Source: Ophelia neglecta (taxonomy: Eukaryota). Taken from it: 64,000 nt of DNA. The stretch spans positions 82,398,001 to 82,462,000 of the forward strand of contig OZ260661.1 of the NCBI GenBank assembly GCA_965285935.1. The letters are read 5' to 3'. Under the pieces are notes generated by a model. The model did not search any database. It saw nothing but the letters and a program-made list of their open reading frames with translations, and was not told the DNA's origin. Shown here in pieces: positions 20,201-34,800 of this stretch. The stretch's first letter is position 1. Each line of letters begins with the position of its first letter. The translations under genes and the position numbers were made by a program.

Positions 20201-23200
20201 TATCTCAAAAGCTTCTTGTCTGCCCATAGACATTTCTCCCACTGAAAAAATGATGGTATGAATCAAAAGTTAAATATTATACAAGGGCACAAACACACTG
20301 GTGATATTTCCACAATTAATCCACAGGTAATATAATGAATCCAACATAAATTGCTACCATAAAAATCAATGCAATGTTGCAGGGGTGTAAAGTCAAATAT
20401 TTCCACCCCTTCGTCAACTTTGCTAGTTCTGGACATTGTGGCTGATGATTTTCCTCTCAGTCTAGGATGTCTCTTCACATAATTCTCCGTCCATTTGGCA
20501 ATATCTTCTTCAGTAACCGGATCATTTATAAAGTTTAGTGATGTGCACAACATGGTTCTTTCAGACTTGCTGACAATATCCACCTACAGCCCTCTAATAT
20601 TGGTATTTATACTTGTACTTGGATCAATCCTATATGGGTGCTAGGTGAACAGCTAGGTGTTCTGCCAATTAAAGCTAGTGAAATACAGGAAAGGATTGTC
20701 AAATACATGTAGCGCCAAATTCCAGTATTTGAGTCAGCTGAACGTGCAATAAATAAACAAAAAGTAGAAGCAAATTATGCATCATGCATTTTTACAAATG
20801 CACTTTGCACTGAGGTGATTGTTCCACTATGAATATGTGTAACTAGACACCTAGCATTTGCCCAAACACTTTAAACATCGCCTTATAATATGACATCAAA
20901 TGCAACAGAATGTTCAATATTGCCAGCAATCCATTAGGCAGCAGTTGTAATGATCAATAGAGAACTGTCATAAACAAATTCCAAAATTTCCTTAGTCACT
21001 TGAATAATGCCAACTTCTTATAGAGGTAGAGTTAATAAGGCAAATGATATATTTCTAGTTAGCCTGTAACATTGTTCAATTCTAATAATGCAGTCTGCAT
21101 GAATCTAAATTATAGGCATGGTTCCTAAGCTTTATTCTCTTGATGTGTTTATGCCACTACAACCAGGCCCCAATGGAAAGAATTTTTATAAGTTGAAAGT
21201 ATTTTGCACCTGTCAAATGGGTGGGCATTCAAGACATCCTGCTGATTGCAGCTTGTTTCTGAGGTGCTACAGTGTTGCACGCAGTCCTCATTATAATAAA
21301 TTAACACTTTCTATAGAAAACTTTCATGGTTACAGAGGTGTGTTCCATGTAATTTCCGCATGGGTTGGGGGTGGTGCCCATGTTGTGTGACTCCCCCCCC
21401 CCTCTTCAAAAAGAAAATATTGTGAAATTTTACCTTAATCTCTTGAAACAAATGAATTTGTGTTTAATGATACCTCGTACATTATACTTTCTACTCCTCC
21501 CATAGAATGGAATTGTGCAATAGATAAGTGTTCTTTCCATTCATGGCATGTCCCAGTGCATTTTTATTGGTTGCAACTATGCAAGCATTCATTATTTTTT
21601 TTTATTCATCATATAAAAAAAGTTGTATTTTTGGAAATATCTTATTTCACTACTCCCTAATTAGGTAGGATTAATTCCTCTGTGGAATAAATTTTTAGGT
21701 GAACAGAAAGTAGGAATGTTTAAATGGGAATATAATCCAAGCCAAAATATGTATACGTACGACTAAGTATTATATTGTATCAAAAGTGTATTGTACTTAA
21801 CAATGAATCAAAAAAACTTTTTTAAAAATTCATCCTTATCAGCAGGGGGCAGACATGTGTTAAGCCAGAGGCTTTTTTGACTTGGCTGATAAACATAGGA
21901 ACCTTCCATCTTATTTAAGTGACCCTTCCCATTTCTAGGTGTATGGTTAAAAGCTGTTGCCCCCCCCCCCCCTGAAATGGGATGCAAACAAATGTCGGTC
22001 CCTTCTGGTGTGTCCCCCTTGCCATAAAGAATGAACACTCCCTATGATATATATGTTAAGCCAATCAGCATCACTATAACAATCTATCACACCACTACTC
22101 TTAAGAGTGTCCTTATAATCCCAGATACATAGCTGCCCCATTAAGATTAATTTACATTACCTTTGGTATTTGCAACAAGCCCCTGTACAAAACTAATATC
22201 TAGATTTGGAACACCCAATGCAAATTTGGGGACATGACCTAAAGGCAGAATTCTGGTAGATAAAAAATGTCTTCTCCCTTTCAGGTGATTGGTAGTCAAT
22301 GAATCAGACGAGATATTTATAGAACAAGATGTCATGGATGCCAAAGTCCCCTGCACCAACACAAAGAGTCAATATTATTACAGTAGTCCCTTAGACATGG
22401 AAATAAGTCACACATCAAATTTGAGGATGAAATACCAAAAAGTTGTGCTTTAGTGAATGTGTACTTACATATTTTTGTCTTTGTTTTTTCTTCTTTTTCA
22501 TTCAGAAGCTTCCTCCCACTGGCTGCAGATTCACTACTCACAGACATACTTCTCTGTCCCTTGGGAGCAGTATGACCATTTGCTATACCACTGCTGCTGG
22601 TTTCGACAGGCACATAGCTCTCGCTGATGTTCGAACTGGATCTAGGCACATTTTCGCCTAGACTTGCTAGCTTACTACTTGCATCAGCTGCTCTCTTCTT
22701 TTCTTTCTTAAGCATATTAACCAGTATATCTAACATATAGTTAAGAAGTTTTGTAAAATGTATCTTATCACACTGATTCAATTTCAAAGTACTGGAATCA
22801 AAATTTTCATTAAATTGGAAACATTATCAACAATATGCTCTGCTGTACTATTTTCAAAGATGTCATTGTTTTTCATAACAATTTTATCAGACAAACCCTG
22901 TACAATCTATCTAAATGCACTTATTTTCTTTTTAAGGATACTTATTTCATTATCTCTCTGTCTGATGAGTTCCCTCAGTTTCTTTGCCTCGGTGGAGTCA
23001 GCTGGGGCAGAAGGTAGTCGGGGCATTTCCTCTTCTCGGACGGTAGAGGGTGCGCTGTTGGCAGCTGACCCTCCCTTGTTCAAAACATTTCCCTAATAAT
23101 ACAATTACAATTATTGTTATCAATGCTCATTCAAATTCAAACATTAAATTTAATTTCATAAATTTTTTTTTTTAAATATCAGGATTTTTATATTTGATTA

Positions 23201-26200
23201 TTTACCTTAAGTATTTTAAAGCACTCTTGTATTTTTCTCATATCAGCACCAACATTAAGAATTGCCTCAGGATCTGTATCCTCCAAGTAATACTTAACTG
23301 CTTCTCTACATCTGCAAAAAAAGGTGGAATAATCTCAACTCCTTGCTTAGTGGTATAGATAAGGTTAAAAAAGCTTTGTTAATAACATTATCTATAAAAT
23401 GTAGAAACACGAGGCTGCTGGCATCCCTGTTGTCTTGGTTTGAAAAAAAATCTGTTTTAGCCAAGGGAGAACATGGGATGCCAGCAGCAAATCCAATTTA
23501 TACAGCCTATGAGCAATGTTACGGTTTTCCCATTGATTGGATGAGTGTTTCAAGCAAAAATGGTCAATATTTAGATAGTTTTTTTCTTTGTGCTTCGATT
23601 TATTACTTAGACCAATGATATTAATAATAAGCTATATGTTGGCCCTTCACACACTGGCTTAAAGGCACAATAATGTCACAATAGGCCATCTGATCTAGAA
23701 CAGTTTGACTTTAATGCTTCTGAACACACACATACAAACTGTACCACACCCCTTGTGAATTTAAACTAGATCTCAGCTATCACTACAAGCAGGTCAGACT
23801 TCTATATTGTGTACCCTCCCTAGGATAAGAGTTGTAATTAATGCAATCAAACTGTAGCTATTGATACCAAGGGTATAATTTCAAACACATTTCTGTCTGT
23901 CAGGTGTTGGCTCAAGAGTGTGAGTCAAGAGATAAGAGTCACAGTAACCACACTCTCAGTGATTGGGGGCAATAACCAAAGTATGAGACATCAATGAGCT
24001 GATTATTTACCTCTCTCTGTCCTCATCTGTTAGGTCATCAGTTCGCTGTTCCCCTGTTGCCATGGCTAGTTCATCCTTCAACTGAGCTATTTCTCGTTTG
24101 AGCTTCAGTATCATCAGTTTAGGATCCAGTTCCTCATTGAGTATTGCATCATTCTTGATAAGGGCCACTCGCTGAGAAAATCTGCATGTTGATATCGATT
24201 CCTGTCAGTAGAAAACTACAATAACATGTTGTCTTTATTAACTCCCCTCCTGAAGGTAGCATAATATGCCCTTTCAAGTCAGAACATATATACAAATCAA
24301 ATATTGTAAGATTCAAATTTGCAAAGCTGATATCAAACCATTGTTCTTAAGGGTTAGTTTCAGTCAGAAATAATATTCTTTCAGCAGAATTTTCATATTT
24401 GAAAAAAACCCAGTAAAACACAGTTTTTCTAAAAAACTTATTCTGAGGAATATAAGGCAAGTTAACTATATAGGTTTGTGCATCTTCCATGCATAACCCA
24501 AGTTCAGTGAGACTTCGTTAATTATTTTCATTTATAGAAATAAATTTTGTGGAAATATTATATAATTTCAAGTAAACATTAAAAAATGATTTGGGCAGTC
24601 ATTCACACTCCACAATATTATTGGTAGAGTATAGTATGCTGGTCAAGTATCCAACATATATTGGAAACAAGAAACTCACAAAATATTCTGCAGTGGGTTA
24701 TTGCACAAAAATCCTGTAACCTGCTGGAACCACATGCTCAATCATTTGCTTACACTTTTCTTAACTGCAAACTTTCAAACAAATTATCTACAAAACCAAT
24801 ATGTTTGGCTGGTATAAACAATTTACATGTATTTTGCTTTTTATACCACACTTTTTTTTTTTCTTAATTCATTAACTCAGGTTGAAGAGATATCTAATCC
24901 AAAATGCCTTAGCATATATGAAACTCAGCAGTTAATGAATTAAGCTGTTAGCAACATAACCAATAATAATTTATTATACACCTCAAACTGTTTAAAGTTA
25001 TCTGGAGCACATTTCCAGTTTGACCAAAGAAATTGCTACACCATTATTTAGCTGCATTGAGCACAATAGCAGAGTAAAAGAGGAAGTAGTAGGATAGGTA
25101 GTAACAATGGAAGAAGAAAAGAGGAAGTAGTAGTATAGGTTGTAGTATGCAGGTATTATGCATAGTCATTCACAGTTGTACTTACATCTATATTTTTCTT
25201 CTCCACAGAGCAAGTAGCAATCATAGTTGTCATACAGTTCCCACCTAAGCTGTCCCTCAGCACTGAGGTCATCATAGAGTTCCTATATGGTATGTGCTGT
25301 CTGTTCTTATCAGAGAGGGAGACAATAACCTGGCAAAGAAAATTTTAGTTAGTCAAATTTGCTTTATATTAATGCTAAAGATGACTATATCTATGTTATT
25401 AAAAATAAAGTATAAATTACTTGATTATACCATGAAATAAAGTCAATGTATTGGCAGCAAACAAATCTAAAATGTTTTTAAGGCAGCAAGAAATATTAAT
25501 TGATACTCCAGGTCCCAAATTTAAAAGTGACATATAACCTGATGTAATATGTATATAATATTATTGGAAAGTTTGAATATAAGCCATACCTGTTCCAGAT
25601 AGTGAAGAGATAAGTTGATATATTTGGCCTCTGTAAGTAATGTTCCACTCACTCCTGTTTTAGAAACCCTCTCTGATCTAACCATTTTAACAACAAGAAG
25701 AAAATGAGCATTAAATGACTTAAAGATAGAAGACTTAGAGACATTTGCTCCGTAAACACACCATTGCTAAAGAAATAGAAATAGCTGTTCAGTAGTAAGT
25801 AGGAAGTAAATAAATACCCTGCAAGATCCACTAGATGCAACTTAGATCTTCGAAGTGTTGCTGAACCCACCTCCCGAGACGACACATGTACTGTGAATAT
25901 ACAGTGGGAACGGGTAGATGCCTGGTTCATAGGAGTCTGAGAGAAGAAATTAACTTTTTCATTCATCCCTACTATATACTCCAATATAAAGATATCAAAT
26001 AACTTTTTACTATATATACCAAATATATATAAATTTTGCATCTAACTGTTGAACAAAATTTGTACGAGATTGCAGAAAGAAATATTTGGGAAACCTCAGC
26101 TATCATTCTATTTGTATCCCCCAAAAATAGTAGGTTAAGAGCCTCCTCCTCACTGCTAGCAGCATGGGTGCTGAGGTTCTTGAGGTGAATGTTCTGGTCA

Positions 26201-29200
26201 TTATCTTCCATCAAAGATACCTTTCTAAAGGATGGAAAAATTCTTATTAGACCTGGTGCTGGGACACATTGCATAAATGTTAAAGTAGTATAGAAAATTA
26301 AAGTAGTACATGTATGGTGACTCGGCGTGTTTGTCTTCCAAGGTAACACAAACTCCACAGCTGGATGTTTGACTAAGTGTATACATGTCTATGTATATTG
26401 AACTCTGAAAATTTGTTCCTGTTAAAGAACTCCAAGTGACCCCCCCCCCCTCTGCCCAGATTTCTTACTATATATAGAAAAGAAAGTGAGCCTATGTATG
26501 CAAAGGGGACTTAATACACTTTGCACAAAAACAGGTAAAGCAATTGTACTCTGACATAAGTATTTAATTAACTAATTCTTATTAATGTCAATGACTTTTA
26601 AATTGCTAAATCTAATATAGGTACCTGTTCATGATACACACAATGATGAATATAAATGGTTGAAAGAATGCTGTGCTTAACACTTGTTAAGCAAAGGAGA
26701 CTGGTAAGATCTTAAATGGTGTCAAAAATAGTTACAACAAAAGCTTTATATGTTCACACATTCTAAGGAGATAAGTAGCCAGAGGGCCATGCAAAAACTA
26801 CACCCCGCTTGTTTACATGCATCAGAATTAAAACTAGTAAACTTTGCCAACTTTGCCAAAATTAGGGCAATTAGCATTTCAAAAGAGGCTTGAACATCTC
26901 AGGTGTAGCCTCGAGGTTTGCTCTGCTTGAGATGGTCAGGTAATAGCCTGAGAGACTGGTTCTCCATAACACTATTCTAGTTAGTTTTTGAAATACACAC
27001 AGTACTTCTAAAATGCTGTCTGTATAATAACCTGTATGGTAATTTTAATACTAACATTTCAATTAGTAACCAGTTAGGTAGATTAAGTTATGTGAATATC
27101 AATAGTGAAGATTTAATATTCATGCCCCTGCCCACATTATATCACTATTTGGCAAAGTAGGCAAATTTACTTTGCCTAATCAATGCTTCTTAAATTAATT
27201 TTCCACACTACATACATTTAAGCATATGTTTGTATGCTTGCAATGTTTACTGCCATAGTGAACAAAACCATTACCACAAATATCAGGTAAAGCCATGTAT
27301 AAACTGTACTTATATATAGAAGAAACTCAAATAATATGAGTTTACCTAATTCCTTTATATGTAGCAAAAAATAATTTCAAACATTGTCAGCTAACAGAAC
27401 TTACGGCAAATCTTCTAACTTGGCAGCTTCATGCTTCGGGTCCAACAGATCATAACCAGCTTCATTGTAGATTTCCAGATAGGATATATATGAGGTAAAC
27501 TCATACTCTGTGTTCTGAAGGGGAAAAGTAAGGCTTATACTTCTGAACATATATTATTATTAATTGAAGAACATGGTTTGGTGAAATAAACTCTTACCTG
27601 CTGATAATATTCAAAAATGTATGATAGAGTTCTTGGGATAATACCACGGTCTATGTATCTTTCAGCACCTCCGGTAATTGTGAATGTTTTTCCACTCCCA
27701 GTCTGGAAAATATTTCACATTATTTATCATTCACCTAAATTTGTGAAATAAGAAAATGGTGAAAAACAGTTTTAACTTTCTTACTGTAGAAAACAAACTT
27801 GCAGTACTCTTAAAAGTAGTTGCCAATGAGTAATCTAAGCAGAAAGCAAGCACAAATTGTTTTCCAAGTTTTAAGAAGATGATCTACATTTCCTCATGTC
27901 TAGTAAATTACTAATTTATATAAAGACGAACAATATACATTCCTGAAGACAGGAATTTTGGCATTCCAGAAATATACTAACACTTGCCATATCGGGACAA
28001 CAAAAGTGACCAGTGTAGCATATCTTTTTTAACACTTTTTGTTCTATTTTCATTTTTATTTGGCTATATTAAAAATGCATCTATTAAAACTTACCTGACC
28101 ATATGCAAAAATTGTTCCATTATAGCCTCCCAGAACACTAAAACATAAGCACACCAAGTATTAAATACTCATTTTTACCAGCCTATGATGAAACAGCACA
28201 TATAATCTGACATATTTGCCAGTAAAAAATAATGTATCTAGCAGACAAAAATTCTGTGAATACATTGTGGCGGTCCAATTATTGTGCCTGATTCCTATAC
28301 GGTAGCATGTATAAAACCCTTGCCTGCTTTAACATTAAGTTTCCAGATTATTATTATAATTTTCTTATCTTATTTGCTAGTCCAAGTAATTAATTTGCCT
28401 GTGCAAGAAAATGTAAGTATGAATGTTTTGCTAGTCCATGAAAAAGTAAATGTCAAGGCCTGGGCTCCCTTCAGCTTCTGCACCTCAGGTTATGGAGGCA
28501 GATATATTGGCCTTTTTGTTTCCAAATGATCGGCTTATAACTTTTGATAGTACTTACTTATTTATAACAGGTTTGGCAACATTGTCAAATATTTCATCTT
28601 GTTTTGTGGTTTGGTCAAACACTTTTTCAAATCTGAAAGAAATGCCACATACAGGAAATTCATATATTTATATAAAGTTTTAGCAATTTGATGCCACAAT
28701 TTCCACAGAGGGGAAAATTAAGTTCCATGTGAAGCAATCAGAAGCATTGTCTTAATTTTTAATTGATGCTTCAATTTGCAGCACTGCTGTATATATATAT
28801 ATATATATATATATGTAAAAAACTATGTTCAATTAACTCAAGAAATACAATAATGTTGATACTTTTCTTCAAAAGACATTAGAGTGGTTCAAAATATTTC
28901 TTAGTAATGACATTTTAAACATAAATTATGGCTTAATTTATACACATGTAATGAGGAACTACACTTGACATGCTGTAACAATTACAATATTACCAAGTTA
29001 TAGAAAACAACTATTCAGTACATATAGACATGTATAAAGAAGTATGGCAATTATGTTAAAAACTCACTGGTTTCCAGTTGTTACTGCTTAAATAGAAGTG
29101 AAACTGGTAAAATTCCACAACTTACCAGCCAAACAAACTGGTAAATCTCAATCCACCGTTCGGTCTTTAACAATGTTTAACAGTTTAAGAAGTCATCCAA

Positions 29201-31509
29201 GAGAAGTGAATAAGGTGGCTTTTGTAATTAATTATTATTTTTTTAAATGGCTAATATCATTTTGTCCTTCAAAAAACTGTGCCTGTTACAAATCAGTTCC
29301 GACAAGTAAGTTAAAGGAAGACACCAGTTATTCTAACTGGTGAGCTGAAAGACTTTTCAACATGACTCAAATGCACTTTACCTAAATTTGTAATTTTCCT
29401 TTTTGTTGTTGACCACCCCGCTAATAAGGTCTCTTGGCACAGTGAATTGTAACAGTTGGGCGCCATCTTCTTCAGATACTTCATAAACCTGTAATGAATA
29501 TATATCAGAGAATATGTATTCAGTGTGTACTGTGTACGCATCCTACTAAGTAGTATTTATAATAATCTAATGCACAGGCATAACTTAATTGTTCTTAGAT
29601 CAAATAATATTGTTAACACCACAAACTGTATTGGTATAGGTGCTACATCAGCAGCATTGATGGAGAATTTAACAACATTATAGCAAGTAAGTATACCCAG
29701 GAGGCTAGGCATTTATCCTTGGAACTTGCACACACGGGCCAAATAATGAAAAATGTATCGGGAACTCTTGCGTCATGAAGGCAGAATTGTGACGTCACCT
29801 GCCCTATTATCGCTCGTCATTTCGCGCCTCACTTTATTGATATTACATGATCACATCCTAGTGTCCGGATCAACTAAATCTTGGACCCTCAGATCTCTTC
29901 ACCAGTTAAATGCGTTTCACCTCCTCGATATCTGAACTATTTAATATGGAATAAATGTAGTTGTTTTAGAAAATGGATTTCTTGCTCGATCAGCTTTAAA
30001 CTGTAGAAACAAGGCTAGGTTTAGGATGTTAATGATATCTGCTAGCCTTCTATACCTCCGCTGTTGATTAACTTTCAACAAAGCGGATGTTTACCATTCA
30101 CAATTGGCCCCATAGAACATCGGTGAGAAGCCTGACATTATTAATCCGATAAATTCGACAAAGTTTGCTATGAAATGATTTCTGATGGATTTAAATTATA
30201 GGCATATATGCGCCAATAGCATTTTGATGACTTAATATAAGGTAGATATCAAGAATGGCAAAATATTTCCTTTCGTCTTTGTTAGTTACGGCCCATCACC
30301 TAACCGGAAAACAAATACTAGCTTTCAGCTTTTTCAAAAGTAATTAAAAGTGAATCCCCGTATAGAAAAGACCAATGTGAACATATTATGGATTTTCGCA
30401 TCATTGTTCTTCTTCTAACCATATTACCTTTGTGCTATCTGTGAGAATAGCGTCCTACCAAACGTTGCTACCAGGCAGGGCCGCGTCATCTGCTGAGACG
30501 GAAGTTTACGCGATTCAAATCTCCGCGCCAGAGAGTTCCCGATACATTTTGCGTCATTTGGCCCGTACGTGTTGGGACTGCCCCCTAAATTTTGCCAAGT
30601 GCTATGAAGAAGCACTTTTTTGACCTGTAAATGCCTTTATTGCACTGCACGCCTCCGGCAGTAACATATGAGCTAAAATGAGCCATTCTGCCGCACTGTT
30701 AAATACAGCAAGGCCATTTTTCCATTTAGAGTGCTTGAATACAGACACTCATTTTCATAGGATCGATTTTGAGTGTCATTATTAATAGAATCAAGCATCC
30801 CTCAACTTTAGTTTCGGGTGGAACATCCCTAAATCTTGGTCTCTGACGGCAGGCCCAAAACGGCAGTGCTCGGCAGTGGTATTGTGAATAAAGGGCTGTT
30901 GTTAATATCGGTTTAAACCATTATAAAATGCATGGAAATATCATACATATATCGTTCTTAATAATTCCAATAGATTAGTGATTGATTATAGCTCAACGAC
31001 AATTCAACTGGGAAAAACATTGAAATCAGTGCTCAGGCAACATGAAATGTAATCAGGCACGCAAATTTTTACTTTGATATTTAATGTTTACGGACAATAA
31101 CATCAAATTACATATATTCCTTGGAAGAAAGTTCAGAAATTGTATTCTTATGAGTGGCGTTTAGGAAATGCCGTTAAGACCCAGTGGCGTTCTGGACGTG
31201 AACCGTTATTGGCATGCTGTGGTGCTGGCTGTGGTTGTTTTACACAGTATTATTAATAAATATAAATAAATGATCCGAGCGTCTGTGCTAGTAGTTGGTT
31301 CTTTAAAAATGATAGGCTCTGGACAAATATATTGCTGCTATCGTATTCTCACATTATCATTCATCTGTTAATAGCTTATGCTTTCCCCAGTGTTCTCGAA
31401 TCCATGAATCTACATGATCAATGCATGATGTTTTTATTAAGAAACCTACCCCCGCTTTAGACTTCGTTGGCTTAACACGAGCAAATATCTGAATGGTTTG
31501 TTTGACCAT
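17266..31509 (-). CDS. KIF6: Kinesin-like protein KIF6 (kinesin-9 family), ~830 aa
   Basis: 21 coding exons in transcript order: 31450-31509, 29382-29488, 28558-28632, 28095-28137, 27598-27702, 27405-27514, 26095-26224, 25818-25936, 25590-25677, 25186-25329, 24011-24201, 23206-23311, 22942-23092, 22469-22729, 20083-20241, 19695-19745, 19338-19552, 18761-18868, 17780-17925, 17501-17598, 17266-17291 (2493 nt). Motifs: [85 protein letters not shown], and C-terminal [15 protein letters not shown]. Confidence 0.96.
28787..28814. repeat. (TA)n microsatellite
   Basis: Direct TA dinucleotide run. Confidence 0.9.
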
Positions 31510-31730
31510 TGTTATGTGATCTAGTAATACTCAGCTTTCGACGTTTTCTGAGTTAGTTATGGTGGTAGTCACACATATTAAGGCAGCGATGGCAAATTAT
31601 GGTTGTTTGGTCGCCATTTGTAAACTATGTCGGTCAGGCTCGCAGAAATTCGATGAATTAATTGGATTGGTTGTAGGATATCCGAGGAAGGATTTCCCGA
31701 GGAAAGCCGATCGCTGTCGGCAACCTTCGG
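31510..31730. promoter_or_regulatory. Bidirectional promoter shared by KIF6 and DAAM
   Basis: CpG-rich. KIF6 ATG at 31509 (-) and a strong + strand donor CGG|GTAAGT at 31839 are about 330 bp apart. YY1-like CGCCATTT at 31612-31619, tandem ATTGG (CCAAT) boxes at 31661-31670, half X-box GTCGGCAAC at about 31716-31724. Confidence 0.65.
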
Positions 31731-31839
31731 AAGCATGAACACAAGAGAGCTTGCTCTGGAGCTAGGACTGTGATGACAGATCGACAGTCACGACATGACA
31801 CCTGCAGGCAAATAATGTAAACCGTTTGAGCTTATTCGG
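31620..31839 (+). other. DAAM: Putative non-coding first exon of DAAM (start approximate), containing uORFs
   Basis: Consensus donor at 31840 in a CpG-rich segment; no other + strand gene before the DAAM acceptor at 47603; no ATG in frame with DAAM. Confidence 0.55.
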
Positions 31840-34800
31840 GTAAGTTCATGCTTTTAAACGCATCGAATATGAAACGTTTAGTTCTTATCTTCCAAACCAC
31901 CATTTCAACACGGTATTATATTATCGATTTATTCAGCTCTTTTGTGTTCGCCGTTTCTGGGGAAGCGCCTGCCGAAGGCTTGCTCTCTCCTGCTCTTGCT
32001 GCTGCAGCAGGGACGGCATGGTTCCTCAGTTTCTGCGGTATCTCGATGCATGGTAAAGGAGTCATCAGCTCAGTCATTACTGGCTCTCGACTTCTATTCA
32101 GTCTATTGTTATCTTCACCCGGCTTCACAGTCTGTCCATGTTTATTTTGAATCACAGCGCGATAGCGCATGATGATTTACAAATAAAAAGGTTTTATTGA
32201 AACATTTTGTTGCACATTATAAATTAATTAATGAAAATATTATTACTTATTGATAAACATTATTATTTTATTCATAGTTGAACTAAACTACATCTTTTTT
32301 TGTTTAATATATATTTCGTCTATCTTTAATTTTGAAAAATATGACCATCATTTTCTGTGGAAATTAAAATTTCTCCTTTCCAAAGAACTATTTGACAAGG
32401 ACCGATACAGGTTTTTGTGGACGCAAGTAGTAAAGTAATTTTTGGCGACCATCAAGATGTCACAAACAATATGCGTCATGTACACTTTGTGACATTTGTA
32501 AAAATCCTCCACAAAAGTGGAAATGTGCCAGTAAAAATCGCCTCTCTCCTGGGAGAGTTCTAACCACTTTTGGAGATTTTGTGTGTGAGTGTGGATGATC
32601 AAATACTTTGAACATGTTAGAGGCTGAGCAAGGTGAAAATACATGATTGTGTTGGCAGTGTAACCAAGAGCATGGTATAGGAGTATTAATTAAACAGTTA
32701 TTGGTATTTAACTGTTAAATAGCCACCTGCAAAAACACCAGACATGACCAAAAAATTGTAACTCTTCTAAGGTAGAATTTACCCCTCTTTGAATGTGTAC
32801 CTGACTCCTTTTTGATTGGTACATTACTTTTTGTTTGTTTATTTGTGTGCTGTCTGAATCTTCTTATTCTTGATAATTAAATTAAAGGCAGTCTATTTTT
32901 AGAAGTGAAGCACGATAGTAGGTAATGCATCATGTTTGTAACCTTCACGTGGTGTGCTACTGATTGTTGCTGTACTAGTAGTAGTTTTATATTGGCTACC
33001 CATGCTGATCATCTGCCACAGTAGGTGTTGGATGGCCGCCAACTTCTCACCAACAAATCAAACTAGGTGGGTAAGTGCATTGTCAAAGTAAACACAATTT
33101 CGGCATCAAAGCACATCTTAAATCATGAAAAGAAAACCAACAAAAATATAATTTTATGAGAATGGAATGTGGAATGTGGACTGTATACTGAAGTGACTGT
33201 GTCCTCATAATTAGCAAAATTCAAGTCACTATAAAATTCATTCTGACTTATTGCCACAGCATGCAGTGTAAATCATAGATACTATAGCCTCTTCTTCCTC
33301 CTGTGACTCCTATCTGTGTTGATTTGGATCATAGCCAAGAAATTGACACAGGAGGGGGTCTCCATTTACCCCATTGGATTTATAAGCAAGTGGTTTGGGG
33401 TTGCGAGGCCTGGTCATATCCTGGGCATAAGGATATCTGCCAAAGCCATGCGGAGACTCTATGCTCTAAGAAACCATGGCATGCTTGATTTATTCAATTT
33501 TGAAACAGAAAACCACCATGATAAGCTTCTAAAACTGTCACAGTTATTTACAAATATGCATTGTTATATTAATTACATATAAGAAACAAAATAATGTGAG
33601 ACCCTACAAAAGTTTGTTTACAATTAAAATTAATTAAAATCAGCCTACTGTAAAAAAAAAAGGTGGCATGTGCTGCATACAAATATATGAAAATATGTGT
33701 TTGCTAATATTGTATTTCAGCAAAACCTCTAAAGTAAAGAAGAATCTAACAGTTTGTCTGGTTGTTATTGTTAACCTTTCTGCATTCTGCAATATCTGTT
33801 AAGATATAAATTTTCTGTAATAATTTGGGTTGACATAAGACTGAGGTATTCACACTTTTTACTTTTCACTAGAATTGATCGTGCAGGATTGTATAGAATA
33901 GAACAAGTCTGGCCACCTAGACATGCATTCAATGTATAACAGGCGTTCACCACCATACCCTGTAATGAACCTGTTAATATTCTAATAGACCAGTGGTCAC
34001 CTTCATGTTGTTCTCCACCAGGTCCTTCAGTAGACAATGATTTGAACTGTGGTTATCACAACAATTCTACTGAGGGATTGATCATACCGCAAATATAATA
34101 GTTCAGTGTTGTCACTCTTGTGACCTGACAATCATGTTTTTTTTTTATATCAAGGTATTAATTCATTCCTGTGTAAGCTGGGACTACATGTAATAAGCTG
34201 GTAGTCAAAACACCAGAGAGCTCATGCCGGAAAATAACTTGTACGATTTAACCAGATGAACATAATGGTTGAATGTAGCCATTGTCCATCTGCATAGCAT
34301 CAATCAGAATTAAGGCTCACCATCAACCCCAGTATGTCTGTGGAATGTGCACATTGTTACTAAATGTAAGATGGATTGTTCATAGTTTCTGAAGGACTGT
34401 CCTTGACCAGAGTGTCAGGTAGTGGCTCGGGTATCTTTGGTCATCATTCAAAGTTTCAAACAGCCCTTCATCTGTGTTTAACTATGTTTTGGACTACCCG
34501 GTAGTGAATTTAACAGATAATTTGATTCACCCAGGTGAGCAAGACTAGGAAACAGTTTCTGATCTTGATTTTCCTTTGTATCTAGACAACATATAGCAGG
34601 AATTATTTTCTCTGAATGTGATGGGAAAATCGGTAAATGGACAATCAACTTGAAATCTTTAGCTACGAGTACACAGTGAACAGTTAGATTGTGGTAGATT
34701 GTTCCCTTCATCATCAAGGCAGGGACATTTCTTGTGACTTTTGGATATGAATTGGATAGAGTGGAACAGTGGACAGTGCTTGTGACTTTTGAATATGGAC

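Noticed and set aside
22161-22350. Possible extra KIF6 cassette exon
   Set aside because: Splice-like ends are present, but the frame inherited from exon 14 hits a stop, and exon 14 joins exon 15 in frame without it.
24056-24069. X-box-like GTTGCCATGGCTAG
   Set aside because: Lies in KIF6 coding exon 11 and is explained by the conserved LAMAT codons.
31848-32172. Overlapping ORFs on both strands near the promoter
   Set aside because: Explained by the GC-rich promoter-proximal composition; no recognisable domain or usable splice pattern.
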